A stretch of DNA of 64,000 nucleotides, taken from the NCBI GenBank assembly GCA_965112735.1, contig OZ218962.1, positions 2,976,001 to 3,040,000 of the forward strand, read 5' to 3'. The first letter of the stretch is position 1. Every line of letters begins with the position of its first letter. Below, one piece after another: positions 25,061-34,701 of this stretch. Under the pieces are notes generated by a model, which was given only the letters and a program-made list of their open reading frames with translations, did not search any database and had not been told where the DNA came from. A program made the translations under genes and the position numbers. The stretch is from Phaeosaccion multiseriatum. Its lineage: Eukaryota > Protista > Ochrophyta, other classes.

Positions 25061-26527
25061 ATGTTTTACGAAGGCAGCGATGGAATAGCGGTATTGAAAA
25101 CCCTGTCCAACCTCGGCTCATACGAAGCTTTGTGGGGGGTGTGCAAGGAGGTCGATGAGGTCACCTCCCGCACTCTGAGAGTCAACGCCACCATGCCTGA
25201 GTGTGTGCAGCTTCGTATGCTAAGTTTGCTGAAGCACCAGAAGGAAGCGGACGAGAGAAGTGCTGCACTTTCCCCTGCACCTTCGGGTGCTACTGAGGGG
25301 AAGGAGAAGGAACAACAGGCAGGCGATGATTATTGCAGAGGCTTCTTTCGCGTGGCGGCGGTGGAGCTTGGCCTCAGGACTGTGCAAGATGCGGCGGACC
25401 AGGCCAAGGTTTCTGCAGATGAGGTCCTCGTTGCAAAGGTGCTCGTGCTTTTACCACCTTCGGTAAAGCGGGTGTCTTTCTCCTGCTATTTCAATCAAGC
25501 CGGCGTGTGTCTACCAAGCACAGTCGAGGAGGTGGAGATGGGTTGGGACTTTAACCGCCCTCTGGACCTCCCTGCCTCGCTCAAGAGAATCACATGTGGG
25601 GGGAGGTTTAATCAGCACTTGGTCCTTCCTTGGGGTGTGGAGGAGGTGGAGATGGGGCATGCATTTAACTTCCCCCTGGACCTGCCTGCCTCACTGAAGA
25701 AGATGATATTTGGGGATCACTTCAATCTCCACGTGGCTCTTCCTTGTGGTGTGGAGGAGGTGGAGATTGGGCATTACTTTAACCTCCCTCTGGAGCTGCC
25801 TGCCTCGCTCAAGAGAATCACATGTGGGGTGAGGTTCAATCAGCTCTTGGACCTTCCTTGGGGTGTGGAGGAGGTGGAGATGGGACTTGCATTTAACCTC
25901 CCTCTGGACCTCCCTGCCTCGCTCAAGAAGATCAGATTTCACCGCTATTCGCAGTTCAATCAGCACGTGGTTCTTCCTTGTGGTGTGGAGGAGGTGGAGA
26001 TGGGGCATGCATTTAACCTCCCCCTGGACCTGCCTGCCTCGCTCAAGAAGATCACATTTGGGGATCACTTCAATCAGCACGTGGTCCTTCCTTGTGGTGT
26101 GGAGGAGGTGGAGATTGGGAATAACTTTAACCTCCCTCTGGAGCTGCCTGCCTCATTGAAGAAGATCAGATTTGGTGGGACCTCACAGTTCAATCAGCAC
26201 GTGGACCTTCCTTGTGGTGTGGAGGAGGTGGAGATGGGGCCATGCTTTAACCTCCCTCTGGAGCTGCCTGCCTCGCTCAAGAAGATCAGATTTGGCTTTG
26301 CCTTCAATCAGCACGTGGTCCTTCCTTGTGGTGTGGAGGAGGTGGTGATGGGGCATCACTTTAACCACCCTCTGAAGCTGCCTGCTTCTCTGCGGACTCT
26401 GTGGCTGGGAGCGGAGTACACCTGCCCTCTGGAGAGCCTGCCTGCTGGCCTGAGGGAGCTCAGGGTGGGAAGGAGCTACCAGCTGCCTGCAGATCTACCC
26501 GAGGGGCTGGAGGTGATTCCCTGGTAA
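25061..26527 (+). CDS. FNIP-type leucine-rich repeat protein B (intronless), paralog of A
   Basis: 488-aa ORF with the same N-terminus, scaffold and C-cap (YTCPLESLPAGL..LPADLPEGLEV) as A, with fewer repeats. Confidence 0.88.
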   Translation: MFYEGSDGIAVLKTLSNLGSYEALWGVCKEVDEVTSRTLRVNATMPECVQLRMLSLLKHQKEADERSAALSPAPSGATEGKEKEQQAGDDYCRGFFRVAAVELGLRTVQDAADQAKVSADEVLVAKVLVLLPPSVKRVSFSCYFNQAGVCLPSTVEEVEMGWDFNRPLDLPASLKRITCGGRFNQHLVLPWGVEEVEMGHAFNFPLDLPASLKKMIFGDHFNLHVALPCGVEEVEIGHYFNLPLELPASLKRITCGVRFNQLLDLPWGVEEVEMGLAFNLPLDLPASLKKIRFHRYSQFNQHVVLPCGVEEVEMGHAFNLPLDLPASLKKITFGDHFNQHVVLPCGVEEVEIGNNFNLPLELPASLKKIRFGGTSQFNQHVDLPCGVEEVEMGPCFNLPLELPASLKKIRFGFAFNQHVVLPCGVEEVVMGHHFNHPLKLPASLRTLWLGAEYTCPLESLPAGLRELRVGRSYQLPADLPEGLEVIPW

Positions 26528-27130
26528 GGAGGGCGATGGGACAGAGGATGACAACACACAGCACAGCACAGCTATCGTAGGCCTTGCCTCAAGAGGGAGG
26601 AGGTCTCAGCAGGAGGCGTAGCAGCAAGGGGATGAGCAAGCATATATCACATGTATCCAATAAGAGACAGCTGCCTGGCTCAAAACAGCAGGCAGAGCTC
26701 AGAGGAGCAACGGGGAGGAGAGAGGGTGGTGCGTGCGCAGACACATACGAATCGTACTCGTACGACTCCACTGTACTAAACAGGAGGAGCACATTAATGA
26801 TGAGTTGCTTCACGGCCTTCGCCCCCTCCCCCCCTCATAGTGACCCGGTCGTAGGGGCCTTGAATGGAATCATCCTCCTTGAATGAAACCCTTCCTCGCG
26901 CCCCGGCCGGCTTTGAGATCAAATGCTGTTATAGGGTTTGCTCCTTTTGTTGACATATTTCCTCCCCCCTCTCTCTCTTCCCTTCTTTCCTCTCTCAGTT
27001 GCCTCTCTTGCTCCCTATCTCTTCTCTGTGCTTGGCCTCCTCTTCACCTTGAGGGATTTCAGCCGCATCAGTGGGAGAGTCGCGCGCTACCTGAGCACAG
27101 AGAGGAGAGGCACTTGCAGCAGACTCCAAC

Positions 27131-28505
27131 ATGAGTTGGTTCGGAGGGGGGGGCGACCAGGCGCAGCAGCAGGCCAAGGCGGTCCGCGATGAGATGCTGA
27201 ACATCGAGATGATGACCGATCTCTTCAACAAGTAAGAAGGGAAGGCTTGAAGTGGCCAGCAGGATGACTTGGAGGGAGAAGGAGGGCGAGAGAGGAGGGT
27301 GTCTAGTGGAGCACATCACGCCTATTCGCTCAGATTACTAAAGCAGTGCCACTTAAGGCCAGTATGGCCGCCAATGGCAGTCACGGTAGTGCGACGAGGA
27401 AAGGAAAAAGCTGCACACCCTCTTTCTATGTCCCCCTTTCTCCGTCTTCCCCCCCTCGCCCACTCTCTTGCTCTCCCTGCCTTTCTCTCTCTCTCGCCTC
27501 TCTCGCTCCCCGGCCCTCCCTGAAATGCTGTCTCACTTATGAATTTCTCCCTCTCCCTCTCCCTCTCCCTGTCCCTCTCTCGCCGTCCCTCCCTATATCC
27601 CTCTCTCTTCCCCTTCTCCCTTTCTCCCCCCCTCCCCATCTCTCTCCCCCTCCCCGTGTCTCTTCCTCTCCACACCCCCTCTCGACCCAACCCCCCCCCC
27701 CCCTTCCCTCGCTCCCCTTTGTCTCCCTCTCTCTCCCCCCCCAATACATTGCATGCCCCCCAAAAACGCTTCCCAGGATCTCAGACAGCTGCTTCCAGAA
27801 GTGTGTGGTGAAGATCAACGAAGCTGACCTTAGTGTAGGGGAGATGTCGTGCATTGACCGATGTGTTGCAAAATACATGGAGGCGCAGGTGAGCGGGTAG
27901 CGAAGGTCTTAGATGGGTCTTCGATAGGTCTTCGATAGGTCTTAGATAGGTCGTAGCGAAGGTGGACACACGTTTCATCAAGTGCTTTGAAGACTTGGCC
28001 GTGTCTGTCTGTCGTGAGAAGGGGAAGGGCGGGGGTGAGGGACAATACTCTCCCTCTCCCTCCCTCCCTCCCTCTCTCTCTCCCCCTCCCTCCCTCTCTC
28101 TCTCTGTCTCTCTTATCTCTCGCCCTCAGCAATCCTGGACTTAGTTCGAGTGCCCGCTGGCTCTGGCTGAATGGTTGAATGCCTGCCGCGACTGGACTTT
28201 TGGGCTCCACTTTTGTGCCGTGTTGCCGTATTGCTTCCGTTTAGGGCAGCGATGGCCGCTACTGGTCTCTGCGGGTCTGCCCCGTCCTGTTTCTGCGTTC
28301 CCCTCCTTCCTCGCCCTTCCCTTCCCTTCCCCGCTCACCATCACTCTCACTCCTCCTTTTCCCTCTCTCTCTCTGTCTTTCTCTCTCTCTTGTCCCTCCC
28401 CCCGCCTCTGCGCTGATACAGACCAATGTGGGCATGGTGCTGAAGAAGGAAGAGGAGAGGATGACGGCGTCGGGAGGCCCGCAAGGGCCTGCTCAACCGA
28501 GATGA
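27131..28505 (+). CDS. TIM10: Mitochondrial intermembrane chaperone Tim10 (exons 27131-27231, 27777-27888, 28422-28505)
   Basis: Spliced product ..EMMTDLFNK|[30 protein letters not shown]|TNVG..; twin CX3C motif; in-phase GT-AG introns. Confidence 0.9.
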
Positions 28506-28527
28506 GGCTCTGTGAGGGACAGCAGCA

Positions 28528-28581
<54 letters not shown>

Positions 28582-28839
28582 ATCGAGGCTTCATGAGGGA
28601 CAGCAACAGCACCAGCAGCAACCTCTATGAAGGAATAACACCAACACCACACTTAGTGTAGTGCTGTTTATTCTATTATTATGAATCAAATGATTTGAGT
28701 GCAACGTAATATATGCATGAGGCGGGTCCGCCCCCTCTCTGTGCGGCGCTCCCTCTCTCTTACTCTCTCTCTCTCGCTCTCTACTCGATTGCACAAAAGG
28801 TGGACAGGAAAAGCACTGTCTTTCCTCCCTTTCCAACAC

Positions 28840-31674
28840 TCAAAGAGGAGGGCCGTAGGGCGGTCCGATGGAAACGGTGACGATGCTGTCAATCCCAATC
28901 CCCAGTACCTCCCTATTCCCCGGGGGGAGCACAAAGAACGGGTCAAGACCGTTCCAATAACCTTCCTGTCCAGGAGAAAGCCGATACCCCGGGGGGCGCG
29001 CTTGGCGCGACAGTTCCTCCGCGCCCGAGGGATTGTGATACTCCACCTGCTTTAAGCTCATGGGCAGAGCCACCCCCCGCTGGAGAGGGCCATAGAAGGA
29101 CAGCAGCGCCAGCGCGGGGGGTAGGTGCAGGCGGTGCCGGTAGCTGTGACTCCGAATGCGGAGTGTGTGCAGCCGCGGAGGCAGCGGGGTCTGTAGCGCC
29201 TTTGAGTAGTAGTAGCCGACTTCCAGCTGCTGCAGGCCCTGTGGGAGATTCAGGGTCTGATTAAATCGAGCTCCGAATTTCACCACTCGAAGATCCGCCC
29301 AACCCCCCAGCTCCACTGGGGCATTGAACCAATCGCCAAAATCGACAGTCTGGAGCCTGCAGGGGGCCGAGACGGTTAACGTCTCGCTGAAGGTGAGCCC
29401 GAGGTTCAGCCGCAGAAGGGAGGAGGGGATACAGAGAGGGCGGCAAAAGTCTGCGCCAAACACCACCTCCTCCAGCCCCTCGGGCAATTCGATGTCCTGA
29501 TCAAAGGAGACCCCAAACCGAAGCGTGCGTAGCGAAGAGGGCAGCTCCAACGCGTGATTAAAGTCGCGGAAGAAGGAGAGCTCCCTCAGTGACGGGGGAA
29601 GGACCAAGGGCCTGTTGAAGTGGAACCCGAAATGAGCGGTCTCTAGCTTTGGAGGAAGAATAATGTCCTGATTGAACAGGCCGGAGGTCAGTTCCAGGCA
29701 AATGAGGCTCTGCGGCAGCTCCAAAGGCAAGTTGAACTCCATGACGAGGCGGAGAATCTCCAGCCCCTCGGGGAGCTGGAGCTGGTGGTTGAAGGAGCCC
29801 GAAATGGAGAGCTCCCGAAGAGAGGGCGGCAGGTTTAGGAGGGGTCTTGTAACTGCCGTGCCCTCCATTCTCAGGTAGCTGAGAGAAGATGGTTGCTCGA
29901 AAAGCACACTCTCTGTGAAGCCATCCCCAAAGGTGGCGGACCGCACCGACCTTGACAGAAGGACGGGCAAGTTGTAGTCCACACCGAAGTTCACTTCCTG
30001 CAGTCCCGGAGGGAGCGAGATTTGCTGTGAAAAGCGCGTGCTGAGCTGGACTTTCCGTAGCGACGGCGGTAAGACTAACCCAGGCTGATTAAACTCAAAG
30101 CCTAGCGAAAGCTCCTCCAAAGAGCTGGGCAGGATGAGCAAAGGCTGATTGAAGAAATGGCTCAATGTCAGCTTCTTGAGCGAGGCGGGTAGCTCCAGAG
30201 GGAGGTTAAAGTAGTACCCCATATCCACCTCCTCCACACCATGGGGGAGAACCACGAGCTGATTGAAGGTACGTCCGAATCGGAGCTTCCGCAGAGAGGC
30301 AGGTAGCGCAATGGGTTGGTCGAACTGATTTGGCAGCGATAGCTCTACCAGACGCGGCGGAAGGTGGAGTGGGCGGTTGAAAACGCTCCCGTCCTGCCTG
30401 TCACTTCCCGGGGGTTCGGGTTCGAACACGAGGCGACGCAGAGAATCGGGAAGGAGGAGAAACTGCTTAAAGCTGCTCCCCAGAATCAGCTCTTCGAGGG
30501 TCGGGGGCAGAAGCATCAAGGGCTGATCGAATACGCTTCCGCTGTGAAATTCCACCTTGCGTAAAGATTTGGGCAAGGTCAGGAGCCCTGACGAATTCAT
30601 AGCCTCTGAAAGCACGTGCAGCGCGCCCCCCGACTCGGAAATCGCAACCACAAAAGCCGGGAGCCCATCCAGAGCAGCTGTAGAAGGAGTGGTGCGCGCA
30701 ACAGTGAGAGTGTCATTCGCGTCCTTGACGGCCCTCGCCAGATGCTTCAAAGCGTGTACGGAAGCCACAGGAGAGTTGAAGTGTGTCCCGAACTGCACCG
30801 ACTCTAGCCCCTCCGGCAAGCACAAGCACTTGTCATCCCAAACCCCCGCGTGCGACGAGTCCCAAGCCCGAGCCGGGTCGAAATAATCGCCAAAGCAGAT
30901 GTGCTTGATCCCCACTTCCACCCGCCTCTTCCACAGTGCCCGCAAGGCCCGCTGAACAACGCTAACCTCGGCTCGGACGAGCCGCGCACGCTCTGCGTCT
31001 TCCATTTCAGTCGAGTTGATGCAAAAAGGAGTACGGGGATACACCTCGGAGGAAATGCACCCCAGGCGCAGATGCGGGCAGACGGGAAACCTTTTCCTCA
31101 AACACCCCCTCTCGGAGTCCTCCTTGACTCCGCCTCGGAGACTCTTCCCCCTCTCCTCATCGCCCTCCTCCAAGCTCTGTGGTGGTAAGGCCGAGGAGTG
31201 GATACCTTCCCGCCTTACCTCTCCTGCCTCGTCTCTCTCTCCCTCCCCGCCTCCCTCCGGCCCCGCCTCGCGAAGGCCCTTCTGTGGCAGGGCACTCGAC
31301 CTCGGCCGGGCAGGCGCGTGAGCAGCAGCAGGAGCAGCCGTGGAAGGAGCAGGAGTAGCAGCGACACAAGCAGTAGCACCAGCAGTAATATCCTCGGTAC
31401 CACAGGCAGGGTCGCTGCCCTCCGTAGCAGGGGAGGGAGAGGCGGCAGAGGCGGCAGAGGCGGCGTCGACCCCCTGTCCCTCTTCCTCCCCCTCCCCCAA
31501 CATGTGCAGGAAACTATTAATGAGCGGCTCCTTCATCATAGAGTGGACGACTAGACGCCTGGGGGTTACCGCATCCACATCACTGTACATGGGCCATACG
31601 CCACCCATTGCGGTGAGGTGAGGGGCATTGCAGCAGCAGGAGGGAAGCGGGTGCGCAAAGTAGAACAAGCGCAT
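28840..31674 (-). CDS. Divergent FNIP-type LRR protein C (intronless; start at 31674 or 31608)
   Basis: Long ORF with >20 degenerate FN/FD-x-P-x-x-LP-x-SL repeats. Confidence 0.85.
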   Translation of the reverse strand: MRLFYFAHPLPSCCCNAPHLTAMGGVWPMYSDVDAVTPRRLVVHSMMKEPLINSFLHMLGEGEEEGQGVDAASAASAASPSPATEGSDPACGTEDITAGATACVAATPAPSTAAPAAAHAPARPRSSALPQKGLREAGPEGGGEGERDEAGEVRREGIHSSALPPQSLEEGDEERGKSLRGGVKEDSERGCLRKRFPVCPHLRLGCISSEVYPRTPFCINSTEMEDAERARLVRAEVSVVQRALRALWKRRVEVGIKHICFGDYFDPARAWDSSHAGVWDDKCLCLPEGLESVQFGTHFNSPVASVHALKHLARAVKDANDTLTVARTTPSTAALDGLPAFVVAISESGGALHVLSEAMNSSGLLTLPKSLRKVEFHSGSVFDQPLMLLPPTLEELILGSSFKQFLLLPDSLRRLVFEPEPPGSDRQDGSVFNRPLHLPPRLVELSLPNQFDQPIALPASLRKLRFGRTFNQLVVLPHGVEEVDMGYYFNLPLELPASLKKLTLSHFFNQPLLILPSSLEELSLGFEFNQPGLVLPPSLRKVQLSTRFSQQISLPPGLQEVNFGVDYNLPVLLSRSVRSATFGDGFTESVLFEQPSSLSYLRMEGTAVTRPLLNLPPSLRELSISGSFNHQLQLPEGLEILRLVMEFNLPLELPQSLICLELTSGLFNQDIILPPKLETAHFGFHFNRPLVLPPSLRELSFFRDFNHALELPSSLRTLRFGVSFDQDIELPEGLEEVVFGADFCRPLCIPSSLLRLNLGLTFSETLTVSAPCRLQTVDFGDWFNAPVELGGWADLRVVKFGARFNQTLNLPQGLQQLEVGYYYSKALQTPLPPRLHTLRIRSHSYRHRLHLPPALALLSFYGPLQRGVALPMSLKQVEYHNPSGAEELSRQARPPGYRLSPGQEGYWNGLDPFFVLPPGNREVLGIGIDSIVTVSIGPPYGPPL

Positions 31675-31829
31675 GAGTACTAAGATCAGAGGCAAAGACG
31701 CGCTTTCCCTTGGAATACTGTTCGCTCACGCTCTCGCAAAACATGTCTCCTCCTTTTGAGCAAGACCAGAGGTCTTTCCCCCCCCCCCACAGACGTTCTC
31801 CTCCCTCGCCCTCTCATCGATTGCACCGC

Positions 31830-32700
31830 TCACCTTGCCAGACCCCAAAGCTCCCTCCGAGAGCCAACCTGCATAGCCACGGTAACAAGCGCTCGCAGCC
31901 CGTCGTCGCTGCTCAGAGGGGGAGAGCACCCTGAAGGAGGCGCTGAGACTGCAACTCTCTCTGACTCTGACTTGTCGTCCGGCATGCTCCCCTCGTCCTT
32001 CTGCTGCTGCGACTCTACTTGACCGCCGCCACCATGCTGCGGCTGCTGCTTTCTAGAAGAGCCGCTGCCACCATGCTGCTGCTGCTGCTGCTGCTGCTGC
32101 TTCCCTCCTGGCTCCGTATGCGACAGCCCTTCTCCCTCTTGCTCTTCTTTCCTCTTTCCTTCCTGCTCAGTCTTCCTGCCATCCTGCTCTTGTTGCTTTT
32201 CATGCTCTTGCTGCTTATCTTTCTCCTTCTGCTGCTGCTGCTGCTCCTTCACTTTTTTTGCCGCATTAAAGCCATCCTTCATCTCTCTTTTGCCGGCAAA
32301 GGGCCCGGCCGTGACTTGATTCCCTGACTTATTACGGTCATTCTCATAGAGCCCTTTCGTAAGCAAAAAGCGCACATCCTCGCGAGTGCAGCGACAGGGA
32401 GGGCGATAGCGATCATTGCACACTCTGAGGATAGTTCGGCACCTTCCGTAAAGAGATTCCACAGGCCCGAGCCCGCGAAACAGTAGTGGTAGCGGTCGAG
32501 CCGCGAAGGAGGCTCGAAGGAGAGGCAGGAGAGTGTCAACGTGTTGGAAGCGTTGAAGGGTGGAGCTGTCTTTAGAGCGCAGGCCAGGACCAAGGCAGGC
32601 AAGGTGGCAGCGCTTCAGATATCGAAGACAGGCAGCAGCCCGCCGCAAAGTGCCAGAACAATGGGTAGTGTCGGCTCCTCTCTTCACTCCTGCTGCTTCG
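31830..32700 (-). CDS. Hypothetical protein (uncertain)
   Basis: Part of the 356-aa ORF 31830..32900 with a Q/K/E-rich tail; no recognisable domain; its 5' part overlaps the RBR-like gene. Confidence 0.3.
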
Positions 32701-33329
32701 ATACGGGCCCCATCGCCGCTGCCAGCACAGTGTGCTGTGTGTGTGATGGCAGAATTACGCGGTGCCGTCCAGGCCTCCGTAGCGGCCGCAGGATGGCTGA
32801 GGCGACCCAGGCAGCAGTGGTCGAAGTGAATGAGGGAGGCGTCGCTGAGCAGGGGCAGACGGACGAGCCCGCTGGACCCGACCACGCCCATAGCCACCAT
32901 CAGCGGGGGGCCTCATGCAGTGCTCAACACGTGCTGTGTGAAGTCTGCACCGAGCGGTACCTGACGGTGACCCTTCTGCCGAAGGGCATGCCCGTATTCT
33001 GGGAGCAGATTGCGTGCCCTGAGCCCAACTGTTCCGTCAAGGTGCTCATCGCGGCCACCCTCCGCCGCTCGCTGCCCCTGAGTGTCATCAACCAAGTGGA
33101 GGCCAGTCAGAAGGGTGCCGTCGCAGAGAGTGGAGAGGGCAAGACGACGGGAGGACGAGGAGGGGCCGAGAGCGATGCCGAGGATCAGATCTCTCAGCTC
33201 TCTCAGCGCTACCTCTCCAAGCACACTCAACGCTGCCCGGGCTGCTCCATTCCAATTCAGAGAACCGGAGGATGCAACCACATGACGTGCTCGCTGTGCC
33301 ACTACCACTTCACCTGGACGAAGCGCTGA
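32661..33329 (+). CDS. RBR-like E3 ubiquitin ligase (RING1-like + Rcat), possibly N-acylated
   Basis: CCVC..CSAQHVLCEVC..CPEPNC and CPGCSIPIQRTGGCNHMTCSLCHYHF (GCNHMTC catalytic motif); starts MGSVGSSLHSCC. Confidence 0.75.
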   Translation: MGSVGSSLHSCCFDTGPIAAASTVCCVCDGRITRCRPGLRSGRRMAEATQAAVVEVNEGGVAEQGQTDEPAGPDHAHSHHQRGASCSAQHVLCEVCTERYLTVTLLPKGMPVFWEQIACPEPNCSVKVLIAATLRRSLPLSVINQVEASQKGAVAESGEGKTTGGRGGAESDAEDQISQLSQRYLSKHTQRCPGCSIPIQRTGGCNHMTCSLCHYHFTWTKR

Positions 33330-33840
33330 GCGAGCCTCCGAGTGGGGAGGCGTCGATTGAAACCTGGCGGGAGCAGTGCCGCGACGTGCCTGGGACGAGG
33401 CTGGAAAGAGGGTAGCGCGGAGTGGGGGGAGAGGGAGGGGGAGGGGGGAGGGGAAAAGGGGAGGGGGAAAGGGGGGGACGCAAAGGCTGCCGCGCGTGCC
33501 CCTCCTCACAGGCTCGCCGCGTGTCGAGCGTCAGGTCCTCGTTCTTTGCCTCGGCATGGATTGAGCGGGGACGGGCGGCCGAGGAGGTGTGGTATGAAGA
33601 CTGAAAAACTGTTATTTACGGGGGGAAGGGCCGCAAGCGCGAGCCAGGCTCGGGCTGAGATGTATTGAGAGTCAGCCAAGCAGGGTCCACTATACTAGAG
33701 CGCTTCACTTGGTCTCCCTTGTCCCCAATATGAATCGATCAACCCGTCCAAAGCCGGAGGGAGCTCCTAGACAAATCGAAACCAATCGCTGACTTAGGAA
33801 AGAGAGCTCGCCGTTTAAATGACTCTCCTCGTTCGAGCTC

Positions 33841-34701
33841 ATGTCCTCTGCTCGCGAGAAGGAGTTCCGAGGAGTGGAGGCGGCAGAGGGGGGTGCCGTT
33901 GAGAGCTCGCAAAATGTTAGCTCGGCGAAGGAGCTGGGAATAGGGCAAGCGGCGACGGCTGAGGGGAGCGACGTTGAGAGCCCGCGAAGGGTTAGTACGG
34001 CGAAGGAGGTGCGAACAGGACGAGCGGCAGACGGGGATGGCCTTCAGAGCCCCCGAAAGGCTAACTCGGCGAAGGATGTGGGATTCGCCCGACCGGCGGC
34101 GGCGGAGGGGGACGACGTTAGGAGCCCCCGAAATGTTAGCTCAGCTCCGCGAGAGTGTTACGACGATCCGCAGCAGGAGCAGCAGCAGCAGCAGCAGAAG
34201 CAGAAGCAGAAGCAGGAGCAGCAACGACCAGCCTATGCCGCGGAGGACACCGAATGCGAGGGGGAGCACGCTTCACAACGTGGTGGCCATTTCGTCTCTT
34301 TGAGTCCGAGCGACAGCATGACAGTGGTGGGGCTGGCGGCGGAGCTTCCGCCCTTTGGCTTTCTTGCGCTCCCCTTCCTTCGGAGGAGAGTAGGAGCCGC
34401 ACTCGGCTTTCCGCTCGAGGAAGAGCGCCTCCTTGCCACCTTGGACAAGTACTACAGCCTGTCTATGTGGGAGGAGAGAGTGCTCGGGCAGAGGACCCTG
34501 CACAGGGAGGAGGAGTTCTCCCTTCCTCGCAAGTGGACATCGGCCTCGAGGAAGAACAAGAGGAAGCCCAGGACAGCAGCCGCACGTAGCGAGGAGGAGC
34601 GAGCCTCGCCGTGCAAGCGTCCACGAAGGGAGACCGAAGGAGGGGGCGAGGAGCGAGGAGCGAGTAGGGAGGGGGAGCGAGGGTGGAGGAGCGAGTTGTA
34701 G
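33841..34701 (+). CDS. Hypothetical protein with four SPR..SSAKE-like repeats
   Basis: 286-aa ATG-initiated ORF; no known domain recognised. Confidence 0.45.
   Translation: MSSAREKEFRGVEAAEGGAVESSQNVSSAKELGIGQAATAEGSDVESPRRVSTAKEVRTGRAADGDGLQSPRKANSAKDVGFARPAAAEGDDVRSPRNVSSAPRECYDDPQQEQQQQQQKQKQKQEQQRPAYAAEDTECEGEHASQRGGHFVSLSPSDSMTVVGLAAELPPFGFLALPFLRRRVGAALGFPLEEERLLATLDKYYSLSMWEERVLGQRTLHREEEFSLPRKWTSASRKNKRKPRTAAARSEEERASPCKRPRRETEGGGEERGASREGERGWRSEL

Larger units (their letters stand above)
18830..26880. repeat. Tandem segmental duplication: ~18830-22436 and ~23700-26880 (first exon of the large gene + intergenic region + FNIP gene + 3' flank)
   Basis: Near-identical sequence and ORF translations (e.g. 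19940..20152 vs 24806..25018). Homology ends at ...GGAATCATCCTCCTT (22436/26880); the left boundary lies in a (GGGA)n run. Confidence 0.92.
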
